Assembly: GCA_045645785.1 (NCBI GenBank) | Contig: JAZRJN010000043.1 | Location: forward strand, 1-47,011 | Source: Candidatus Aphodosoma sp. | GTDB lineage: Bacteria > Bacteroidota > Bacteroidia > Bacteroidales > Paludibacteraceae | DNA: 47,011 nt | Direction: 5' to 3' | Shown: in pieces, positions 27,160 to 34,951 of the stretch | How the letters are laid out: each line of letters begins with the position of its first letter | Numbering within the stretch: the first letter of the stretch is position 1 | Position numbers and translations under genes: made by a program | The notes under the pieces: model-generated | The model's database searches: none | What the model saw: only the letters and a program-made list of their open reading frames with translations | What the model was told of the DNA's origin: nothing

Positions 27160-29196
27160 CTACTTTAAAAGTTCTTCGAGTTGGAGCATTTCGTCGCGCC
27201 ACTGTGCAGCTTCGATGAAATCGAGCTTTTTCGCCGCTTCTTCCATACGATGACGAGCATTTTTGATTGATTTTTCTATGTCTGATTTACTCATATACTG
27301 CACCACAGGATCGGCAGCGATAGTTGGCGTTGAAAATTCTGTCGGATTTGTCAGACGTGTCGGACTTGTCGGACGAGAAACAGCCTCTCCCTCTCCTTTG
27401 ATTGGAAGAGGAGATACCGTTGTGCGAGAGGCAACTGCCTGAGGTGTTATATTGTTATCTGCATTATATTTCAATTGTTTTTCACGACGGCGAGCGGTCT
27501 CTTCTATAGTCAAACGCATCGATTCTGTAATTGTATCGGCATACATAATTGCCTTACCATTAAGATGTCGAGCTGCACGCCCAACAGTCTGAGTAAGTGA
27601 ACGATGCGAACGAAGAAAACCCTCTTTATCAGCATCGAGAATAGCCACTAACGACACCTGTGGCAAATCCAATCCTTCACGCAAAAGATTGACCCCAATG
27701 AGCACATCAAACATACCTGCACGCAATTCATCAAGAATACGAACGCGCTCAAGTGTATCAATATCAGAGTGTATATAGTTACAACGCACACCATTGCGCT
27801 CAAGATAGAGATTAAGTTCCTCAGCCATGCGCTTAGTCAAAGTCGTAACCAACACACGCTCATCCTTCTCAACTCGTAGAACAATCTCTTCCATCAAATC
27901 ATCTACCTGATTGAGTGTAGGACGCACTTCAATTATTGGGTCAAGCAAACCTGTAGGACGAATGACTTGCTCTACAATAACACCTTCCGACTTTTCCAAC
28001 TCATAATCGGCAGGTGTTGCACTAACATAGATAGCTCGCTTGATAAGTTGTTCAAACTCCTCAAATTTCAAAGGTCGGTTATCCAATGCCGCTTCAAGAC
28101 GGAAGCCATACTGCACCAAATTCTTTTTACGCGATGCATCACCGCCATACATAGCACGAATTTGTGGTACCGTAACGTGACTCTCATCAATAATCAACAA
28201 GAAGTCATCTGGAAAATAGTCTAACAAGCAGAATGGGCGTGAACCAGGAGGTCGATTATCGAAATAGCGACTATAATTCTCTACTCCAGAGCAATACCCT
28301 ACCTCTTTTATCATTTCAAGGTCGTAATTCACACGTTCCTCCAAGCGTTTTGCCTCGTATGGTTGTCCACGCTCGATAAAAGCTTGCACCTCACGACCAA
28401 GGTCAAGAGCTATTTGGTCGATAGCAGCATTGACACGCTCTTTAGTTGTAGTGAAGATATTGGCAGGATATATTTTAAACTCATCAAAGCGTTGGAGAGT
28501 ATGATTATTTACAAGGTCTAATGTTTCAATAACGTCGATTTCATCGTCCCAAAAGACTACCCGCACAATATAATCGGTATATGAAAGACAGATGTCAATA
28601 GTCTCGCCTTTTACACGAAAATTGCCACGATTGAGTTCTATATCATTACGAATGTATTGAGCATTGACAAGTTGATGCATTAAATCCTGACGAGAATAAC
28701 GCTGCCCAGCCTTCAATGTAATACAGTTCTGCGTAAAATCATCGGGGTTACCAATACCATAAAGGCAAGAAACTGACGAAACAATCACAACATCGTTGCG
28801 CCCAGAGAGTAATGCAGCAGTAGCAGATAAGCGTAAACGGTCGATTTCATCGTTAATTGCGAGGTCTTTTTCGATATATGTATCAGTGTGCGGAATATAG
28901 GCTTCTGGCTGATAATAGTCATAGTAAGAGACAAAATATTCCACTGCATTTTCAGGAAAAAAGGCTTTGAATTCGCTGAAAAGTTGAGCTGCAAGAGTTT
29001 TATTGTGTGAAAGAATAAGCGTAGGACGTCCAATATTGGCAATTACGTTTGCCATAGTGAATGTCTTGCCCGAGCCCGTAACACCAAGCAAGGTTTGAAA
29101 AGGCACACCACGACGGATACCCTCAGTCAATTCTTGGATTGCCTGAGGTTGATCACCTGTTGGAGCATAGCTTGATGTTAGTTTAAATGAATTCAT
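27160..29196 (-). CDS. uvrB: Excinuclease ABC subunit B
   Basis: 678-aa ORF with Walker A GVTGSGKTFTMANVI, helicase motifs, and a C-terminal UVR domain (...DFIEAAQWRDEMLQLEELLK). Confidence 0.95.
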   Translation of the reverse strand: MNSFKLTSSYAPTGDQPQAIQELTEGIRRGVPFQTLLGVTGSGKTFTMANVIANIGRPTLILSHNKTLAAQLFSEFKAFFPENAVEYFVSYYDYYQPEAYIPHTDTYIEKDLAINDEIDRLRLSATAALLSGRNDVVIVSSVSCLYGIGNPDDFTQNCITLKAGQRYSRQDLMHQLVNAQYIRNDIELNRGNFRVKGETIDICLSYTDYIVRVVFWDDEIDVIETLDLVNNHTLQRFDEFKIYPANIFTTTKERVNAAIDQIALDLGREVQAFIERGQPYEAKRLEERVNYDLEMIKEVGYCSGVENYSRYFDNRPPGSRPFCLLDYFPDDFLLIIDESHVTVPQIRAMYGGDASRKKNLVQYGFRLEAALDNRPLKFEEFEQLIKRAIYVSATPADYELEKSEGVIVEQVIRPTGLLDPIIEVRPTLNQVDDLMEEIVLRVEKDERVLVTTLTKRMAEELNLYLERNGVRCNYIHSDIDTLERVRILDELRAGMFDVLIGVNLLREGLDLPQVSLVAILDADKEGFLRSHRSLTQTVGRAARHLNGKAIMYADTITESMRLTIEETARRREKQLKYNADNNITPQAVASRTTVSPLPIKGEGEAVSRPTSPTRLTNPTEFSTPTIAADPVVQYMSKSDIEKSIKNARHRMEEAAKKLDFIEAAQWRDEMLQLEELLK
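27341..27376 (+). repeat. 9-nt array GTCGGAYTT-like x4 inside uvrB
   Basis: gtcggattt gtcagacgt gtcggactt gtcggacga; encodes SRPTSPTRLTNPT in the linker before the UVR domain. Confidence 0.9.
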
Positions 29197-29244
29197 AATT
29201 CATAATGCATAATTCATAATTAGCCATTCGGCACTGTAATAATT
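29194..29244 (+). repeat. CATAATK heptad array x4 plus P module (AGCCATTCGGCACTGTAATAATT)
   Basis: cataatt cataatg cataatt cataatt | agccattcggcactgtaataatt. The first unit is the uvrB start codon (cat at 29194-29196). Confidence 0.9.
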
Positions 29245-29270
29245 ATAAGTTATACATTTAGTATTGTGTG

Positions 29271-30053
29271 TTAAATAAATATTACTTCTTTAAAGGCAAA
29301 TATGCGTTGTTCGCCAGATTGAAGACGAAGAGTGAGATGACCTTGTGCTCCAATATTCTCGATTTCACCAAAAAAATGCTCACCTTCGGGAGTTGAATAT
29401 TCATGAGAACCTGTACGACGATAAAGGTTGTTCATATATTCGTGATGAAGTGATTGCTTAATTGCAGAGTTTTTTGTCGGACTAGTCTGACTGGTCAGAC
29501 AATCGGACTGGTCTGTCATTTGGGCAAAATAGTCATAATAATTGAGTATATTTTTATAGATTTCATCGAATATTGCTTGTCGGTCATGAGTACGCCCAGA
29601 GAGTTGAGTGAGACTTACAGGGTTAGGGGCGTTACTTGTAAAGATTTCTTGATTGATATTGATGCCTATGCCTACAATACAAGTGTCGATAGTTTGTCCA
29701 CAAAGGGCATTTTCGATGAGAATGCCACAAAGTTTATGATTACCAACATAAATATCATTTGGCCACTTGATTGTTATTTTTTGACGGATTTCATCTTGTA
29801 AGGCATTAATTATGGCAAGCGTAACGAGTTCGGTAATAATAAATTGCTCAGAAGCAGGTATTACGGTTGGTCTTAAAAGCAGACTGAAAAGCAAATTCTT
29901 ACTATCTTCGCTCTCCCAATGGTTTGTGGCTTGCCCATGCCCATTGGTTTGAAAATCAGCAGATATGCAGTAACCATGAGGAAGTTCTTCTGCCGACATA
30001 CGACGGCGAAGTTCTATGCTTGTAGAATCGATTGTAGGTAAATAATAAAGCAT
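29271..30053 (-). CDS. birA: Biotin--[acetyl-CoA-carboxylase] ligase
   Basis: 260-aa ORF. QTNGHGQATNHWES corresponds to the biotin-binding loop, KWPNDIYV to the conserved KWPND motif, and there is a C-terminal SH3-like tail. Confidence 0.85.
   Translation of the reverse strand: MLYYLPTIDSTSIELRRRMSAEELPHGYCISADFQTNGHGQATNHWESEDSKNLLFSLLLRPTVIPASEQFIITELVTLAIINALQDEIRQKITIKWPNDIYVGNHKLCGILIENALCGQTIDTCIVGIGININQEIFTSNAPNPVSLTQLSGRTHDRQAIFDEIYKNILNYYDYFAQMTDQSDCLTSQTSPTKNSAIKQSLHHEYMNNLYRRTGSHEYSTPEGEHFFGEIENIGAQGHLTLRLQSGEQRIFAFKEVIFI
29476..29517 (+). repeat. GTCGGAC/GTCAGAC-class 9-nt units with internal 7-bp inverted repeat, inside birA
   Basis: gtcggacta gtctgactg gtcagacaa tcggactg gtctgtc. 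GTCTGAC-tg-GTCAGAC is an inverted repeat. Encodes MTDQSDCLTSQTSPT. Confidence 0.85.
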
Positions 30054-30060
30054 ATTTTAT

Positions 30061-30087
30061 AATCTATAAAATCTATAGACCACTATA
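30061..30087 (+). repeat. 9-nt array of the TCTATAGA class x3
   Basis: aatctataa aatctatag accactata, lying between the birA start (30053) and the dacB stop (30093). Same unit family as 27112-27147. Confidence 0.8.
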
Positions 30088-30092
30088 AAATT

Positions 30093-31502
30093 TTATTTTA
30101 CAAGATTAAGCAATAGGTCTTCAATTTGATTTTTAAGCACTTTGCGCTTACAAGTAAAATTGTTAACCATTATAGTTACGGCATATTCTTTGTCACCATA
30201 CATGACGTAGCCACTATAGCATTGTACACCACTGAGGCTACCTGATTTGAGACGGGCTTTATCCTGAAGTTTTGTGCGATAGAGAAATGAGCCGACTGTG
30301 CCTTCGCGTCCTACACGAGGAAGCGATTGATAAAAGTCGTCCCAATTAGGACTCTTGCGCATGTGTACCAATATTTGATTTAAGAAATTGGCACTATAAG
30401 CATTTTGAGCAGCAAGTCCACATCCATCATAAAGAAATAGGGCTGAGACATCAATGCCTTGTTTTTTCCAATAATCCTTAATTACTTGTATTGAAGCAGA
30501 GGATGTTGCTTCATGTGGCATCACGATATTACCAAGACGACGGAAAATATGCTCGGCATATAGATTATTGCTTTTGAAATTAGTCAAACGTATAATATCA
30601 CGCAACTTACGTGATTTATATTCATAGATAAGAGTGCGTTGTTCAGGAAAATATTCGGTTTGTACACTATAATTACCATCGACTTGCACGCCCCAATTAT
30701 TAAGCATTGTGTATAACGATTTTGCCACTACGAGCGAAGGATTAGGTATTGATGTGCGCACAACATAATTGTTGCGATTGGCAGGCATACCGCCTTGAAG
30801 ATAAAGCGCAAGACCAAGAGGTTGACAAAATGCCCAAACACTATCTTTTGGTATGGCAAGAGTCTTTACCTCGTTATAAATCGCAAGATTTGGTGTTTCG
30901 GGCCATACGCTTGTGATGGTTGGCTTAGAGCCAAAATTGCCCGAATTCATCGTGATTATAGAGGTATTGTCGTAGGCAGAAAGTCCAAAGGCAGCCGCTC
31001 CATAATGGAAACCCATATCTTCCCAAATCCATTTGACTGAGGCAGGACAACGGTCGAGACATGTAGGGTCAATAATTACATTACCCGTAATATGATTTAT
31101 ACCTTTGTGTTTAATGACTTTAACAAAATAATCGAGAAATGCACGGTCGCCAAGATGAATCGATCCAAGAGTTGGATCGGCTCCACCACGAACAATAAGG
31201 TCGCCATTGAGAATACCATTTTCGATAGTGCCATTAGTTTCGATATAAGTAGAGAATTGAAAATCACCACCAAGCAGTTCGAGTGCTGTGGCTGTGGTAA
31301 TTAACTTAGTGATAGATGCAGGTGTAGCACATTGCATCGGATTGTGAGAAGCTACTACTTCACCAGTCTTTAGGTCTAAAACTTCATAAGAAATAGTAGA
31401 ATGAGGAATGAGAGATGAGGAATGAGGAATTGCTGATTGAGCAAATCCACTTTGTTGAAATAATGTGAATAAAAAGACAAAAAGAATAAGTTTTAGTTTC
31501 AT
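30093..31502 (-). CDS. dacB: D-alanyl-D-alanine carboxypeptidase/endopeptidase (PBP4, peptidase S13)
   Basis: 469-aa ORF with signal peptide, SxxK motif PASITKLIT, and overall PBP4 length. Confidence 0.85.
   Translation of the reverse strand: MKLKLILFVFLFTLFQQSGFAQSAIPHSSSLIPHSTISYEVLDLKTGEVVASHNPMQCATPASITKLITTATALELLGGDFQFSTYIETNGTIENGILNGDLIVRGGADPTLGSIHLGDRAFLDYFVKVIKHKGINHITGNVIIDPTCLDRCPASVKWIWEDMGFHYGAAAFGLSAYDNTSIITMNSGNFGSKPTITSVWPETPNLAIYNEVKTLAIPKDSVWAFCQPLGLALYLQGGMPANRNNYVVRTSIPNPSLVVAKSLYTMLNNWGVQVDGNYSVQTEYFPEQRTLIYEYKSRKLRDIIRLTNFKSNNLYAEHIFRRLGNIVMPHEATSSASIQVIKDYWKKQGIDVSALFLYDGCGLAAQNAYSANFLNQILVHMRKSPNWDDFYQSLPRVGREGTVGSFLYRTKLQDKARLKSGSLSGVQCYSGYVMYGDKEYAVTIMVNNFTCKRKVLKNQIEDLLLNLVK
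31400..31430 (+). repeat. Heptad array AATGAGG-class x4 inside dacB
   Basis: aatgagg aatgaga gatgagg aatgagg aat; encodes AIPHSSSLIPHSTIS immediately after the predicted signal-peptide cleavage site (FAQS). Confidence 0.9.
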
Positions 31503-31514
31503 ATTTAGTGTAGT

Positions 31515-32117
31515 TTACATTAACAAAAGCCAACCTATAGTTACAGAAAGAAAGCCGTTTAGCCATCCGCAACAGACTTGTCCAAGCGTATGAGCCTTAA
31601 GCTCAATTCGCGACCAGCCTAATATACCACTCAGAAGAATTAGACAAACAAGAGGTATAATCGGAGTTGTGCCATAGATTATTGCAAAAGTAAATATACC
31701 GCCACATAACCCTCCCATCCCAGAAAGGTGGGCACTTATTTTCCAAAAATGGTTTATTGGCAATATAATAAGTATTGATACTGCCGCACCAATAATAGGA
31801 GCAACATAAAAAGAATTTAGTCCTATTCGATGCAACCAATAAGCACCAAATAGATAGCCTAAAAAGGTAAGAAAGAATGGTATTGGTCGCTGTTTACGAT
31901 TAGAAACAAAAGAGTCTGTAATACCACCATATTTCATTCCTATACCAATAATAACAGCAGGAAATATGCCTGTCGATAAAAACACAATAAGCCAAATCAA
32001 AGATTTGGCTGATATAGGTAGATTGGACAATACGGGATCATACTCTGTCAGAAGTATGACTCCATAAAGCGGAATAAAAATTGGTTGTAATATTATCGAT
32101 ATTATTCGTGCAAACAT
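31515..32117 (-). CDS. PAP2-family phosphatase-like integral membrane protein
   Basis: 200-aa multi-pass membrane ORF. NRKQRP, KISAHLSG and SRIELKAHTLGQV resemble the three PAP2 acid-phosphatase motifs. Confidence 0.55.
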   Translation of the reverse strand: MFARIISIILQPIFIPLYGVILLTEYDPVLSNLPISAKSLIWLIVFLSTGIFPAVIIGIGMKYGGITDSFVSNRKQRPIPFFLTFLGYLFGAYWLHRIGLNSFYVAPIIGAAVSILIILPINHFWKISAHLSGMGGLCGGIFTFAIIYGTTPIIPLVCLILLSGILGWSRIELKAHTLGQVCCGWLNGFLSVTIGWLLLM

Positions 32118-32121
32118 ATTA

Positions 32122-32172
32122 AGTAGCGAGTAGCAAGTAATGAGTAGCGAGATTTACTCGCTTTGCTCGTTA
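32122..32172 (+). repeat. GAGTAGC-class heptad array x4 plus S module
   Basis: agtagcg agtagca agtaatg agtagcg ag | atttactcgctttgctcgtta. AGCGAG (32146-32151) pairs with CTCGCT (32157-32162). Fills the rpoN-PAP2 gap, 5 nt from the PAP2 start. Confidence 0.9.
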
Positions 32173-32177
32173 TTTTT

Positions 32178-33659
32178 TTATAGTTCTCTACGGAGGCGAG
32201 CAACTGGAATATTGAGTTGTTCACGATATTTTGCCACTGTACGACGAGCTATTTTGTAACCTTTTTGGTTAAGTATTTCGGTTAAAGTATCGTCGGTAAT
32301 TGGCGATTTTTTATCTTCTGCACCAATTGTTTCTTTTATAATAGTTTTTATCTCTTTACTTGAAATCTCTTCACCATCGGTTGTGCTCATACTTTCAGAG
32401 AAGAAATATTTCAAAGGTATTACACCCCACTCAGTTTCAACATATTTACTATTACTTACGCGCGAAATAGTACTAATATCAAACCCTACTTTATCAGCAA
32501 CATCTTTCAAGCGCATCGGACGAAGATTGCGTTCATCTCCAGTACGGAAATATAATTCCTGAAAATCAACAATTGTTTGCATTGTTTGCAACAACGTATT
32601 ATTACGTTGCTGAATAGAATCTATAAACCAACGAGCAGAATCGATTTTTTGTTTTGCAAATTGCAAAGCCTCCTTATTTTCTTTTGTCTGATTCTTTGCG
32701 TTGCCAGAATAATCTTGCACCATTTGATAAAAATCATCACTAATACGCAATTCTGGAATATTACCATTATTCAAAGCAACCAAAATATTACCATTGATAT
32801 TTTCCACGACAAAATCAGGCGTAATAGTTTGAGAAATAGTATCTGCAGCACTACCAAAATTGGCTCCTGGATTAGGGTTGAGATGCTTAATCAAATCTAT
32901 AGTTTGTTCCAACAATTTACGATCAACATTGAATTTACGAAGCATTGCATCATATTGTTTATTAGCAAGCATATCGAAATTGCGATCAACAATATTAATA
33001 GCCAAATTCAACACTTCATCAGGATGATTAGCTTCGCGACGTTTAGTTGCAAGTTGTATAGAGAGGCACTCTTGAAGATCAAAAGCTCCGACCCCCGCAG
33101 GCTCAAGCGACTGAATAATATCAAGACCTTGATTTACTTCATCATCATCCACTGCAATGCCTTGACTTGCAGCAAAATCATCCGCAAGACTCTCTACTTC
33201 ACGACGAATATAACCATTAGAATCCACATTGCCAATAAGATATTCACCTATTTGTCGTTCACGTGGCGTGAGATTAAGTGTATGCAATTGTTCAAGTAGA
33301 AATTCACCCAAGTCTTGTCTATTGCTCTGTTCCCGACGAAATGTAGAATCATTGACACTATGATTATTTATATGCAAACGATAACCAGGTATTTCATCTC
33401 GGTCTTCAAAATCATCTCCATCACCAATCCATGCCAATTCAAGATCATCAACACTTGGACGCTCTTCCTCTCGCATATCATCATAAGTGTTTTCTTCTGG
33501 CACTTCAGTTTCTATTTCGAGAGCTGGATTCTCGACCATTTCTTCACGAATACGCTCTTCGAGCTCTATAGAAGGATACTCAAGCATCTTTATCACCTGA
33601 ATTTGTTGAGGCGATAATTTTTGTTGTAACTTCGTGCTGAGTTGAAGATTAGTTTGCAT
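32178..33659 (-). CDS. rpoN: RNA polymerase sigma-54 factor
   Basis: 493-aa ORF. The N-terminus MQTNLQLSTKLQQKLSPQQIQ is region I, followed by an acidic region II. The C-terminal RpoN box is ARRTVAKYREQLNIP. Confidence 0.95.
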   Translation of the reverse strand: MQTNLQLSTKLQQKLSPQQIQVIKMLEYPSIELEERIREEMVENPALEIETEVPEENTYDDMREEERPSVDDLELAWIGDGDDFEDRDEIPGYRLHINNHSVNDSTFRREQSNRQDLGEFLLEQLHTLNLTPRERQIGEYLIGNVDSNGYIRREVESLADDFAASQGIAVDDDEVNQGLDIIQSLEPAGVGAFDLQECLSIQLATKRREANHPDEVLNLAINIVDRNFDMLANKQYDAMLRKFNVDRKLLEQTIDLIKHLNPNPGANFGSAADTISQTITPDFVVENINGNILVALNNGNIPELRISDDFYQMVQDYSGNAKNQTKENKEALQFAKQKIDSARWFIDSIQQRNNTLLQTMQTIVDFQELYFRTGDERNLRPMRLKDVADKVGFDISTISRVSNSKYVETEWGVIPLKYFFSESMSTTDGEEISSKEIKTIIKETIGAEDKKSPITDDTLTEILNQKGYKIARRTVAKYREQLNIPVARLRREL

Positions 33660-33723
33660 ATCTTATACTTTTGATATTTTTGTTATTATGTTTTTACATA
33701 AAACAACAAAAATAATGCCAAAT

Positions 33724-34308
33724 TTATTTACGAATAAGATTCATGAATTCTTCGCGAGTTTTAGCACTCTCGAAAGCCCCAGTAAAATCACTTGTTATAG
33801 TTATCGAATTTTGTTTTTGCACACCACGCATTTGCATACACATGTGTTGAGCTTCAACAACAACCATAACACCAAGCGGATTAAGTGTCTCTTGAATACA
33901 ATCTTTTATTTGCAAAGTCATACGCTCTTGCAACTGCAAACGATGAGATATAACATCCACTACACGAGCTATTTTACTCAATCCCGTAACATGATGATTA
34001 GGAATATAAGCCACATGAACTTTACCAAAAAATGGGAGCATGTGATGTTCACAAATAGAGTAAAACTCAATATCTTTCACAAGTACCATTTGGTGATAAT
34101 CTTCATGAAATATCGCCGAACGCAAAATTTCTTCTGGCTTTTGATAATACCCCTGTGTGATAAATTGCATTGCTTTTGCCACACGCTGAGGCGTTTTTAT
34201 CAACCCTTCACGATTGATATCTTCGCCCAAAAGGCGCAATATCTCTTTGTAGTGCTCTGCTATTTGGTCAGTAACACTTTGTTGCTCTGGTAAATTTATA
34301 AAATCCAT
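33724..34308 (-). CDS. folE: GTP cyclohydrolase I
   Basis: 194-aa ORF with [18 protein letters not shown] and [15 protein letters not shown] motifs. Confidence 0.95.
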   Translation of the reverse strand: MDFINLPEQQSVTDQIAEHYKEILRLLGEDINREGLIKTPQRVAKAMQFITQGYYQKPEEILRSAIFHEDYHQMVLVKDIEFYSICEHHMLPFFGKVHVAYIPNHHVTGLSKIARVVDVISHRLQLQERMTLQIKDCIQETLNPLGVMVVVEAQHMCMQMRGVQKQNSITITSDFTGAFESAKTREEFMNLIRK

Positions 34309-34321
34309 ATTTTAGACTTAT

Positions 34322-34365
34322 AGTAGCGAGTAGCGAGTAACAAGACTCACTCGCTTCGCTCGTTT
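34322..34365 (+). repeat. GAGTAGC-class heptad array plus S module
   Basis: agtagcg agtagcg agtaaca ag | actcactcgcttcgctcgtt. GCGAGT pairs with ACTCGC. Fills the SPOR-folE gap, 14 nt from the folE start. Confidence 0.9.
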
Positions 34366-34950
34366 TTAATAAACGTATATCATGCTTGGGACTATATAAG
34401 TCTCGGTTGTAAATTCTGGGAATTCGGCAATAATCCATTGTCGAAGTTCTTGGGCTTTAGCATTAGTTGCACAATTACCTATACGCACTTTCCAAAATGG
34501 AGATGTATAAGTAATATAAATCTCATCTGCTAAATTCGGATGTTTTGACACCAGAATATCTTTTATTTCAAAAGCTCGTTCACGCGCATAAGCACCACGA
34601 TTACTCGAAAATATTTGAATACGAAAACCTTTAGCCTCTTCTGCTTCAGCAGATATTTTTTTCTCTATCGCTAAAAATATTGCCGAATCTTGATATATAT
34701 TTATCACTGCACCAGTCAACGCATCTGGTGCTGTAAGCATATCAAAATAATCTCGAGTAGAAAGTTTTACTTCAACAGAATCTTGTTGAATTAACAAAGA
34801 ATCAGACATTATTGATAAACTATCAACATCTCCATAAAACGCATTGTATTGCATCTCTACCTGTGCACTTAAATCAATGCACAATGCACAAAAAATAGTA
34901 ACGAGTAGCGAGTAAGGAGTAACGAGAGAAAACAGCTTTGTTTTTTTCAT
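34366..34950 (-). CDS. SPOR domain-containing protein
   Basis: 194-aa ORF with signal peptide and a C-terminal SPOR-like segment GFRIQIFSSNRGAYARERAFEIKD...WKVRIGNCATNAKAQELRQ. Confidence 0.8.
   Translation of the reverse strand: MKKTKLFSLVTPYSLLVTIFCALCIDLSAQVEMQYNAFYGDVDSLSIMSDSLLIQQDSVEVKLSTRDYFDMLTAPDALTGAVINIYQDSAIFLAIEKKISAEAEEAKGFRIQIFSSNRGAYARERAFEIKDILVSKHPNLADEIYITYTSPFWKVRIGNCATNAKAQELRQWIIAEFPEFTTETYIVPSMIYVY
34875..34927 (+). repeat. CAATGCA heptads followed by GAGTAAC-class heptads, inside the SPOR gene
   Basis: caatgca caatgca caaaaaa tagtaacg agtagcg agtaagg agtaacg agag; encodes FSLVTPYSLLVTIFCALCIDL, essentially the whole signal-peptide core. Confidence 0.9.
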
Positions 34951-34951
34951 T

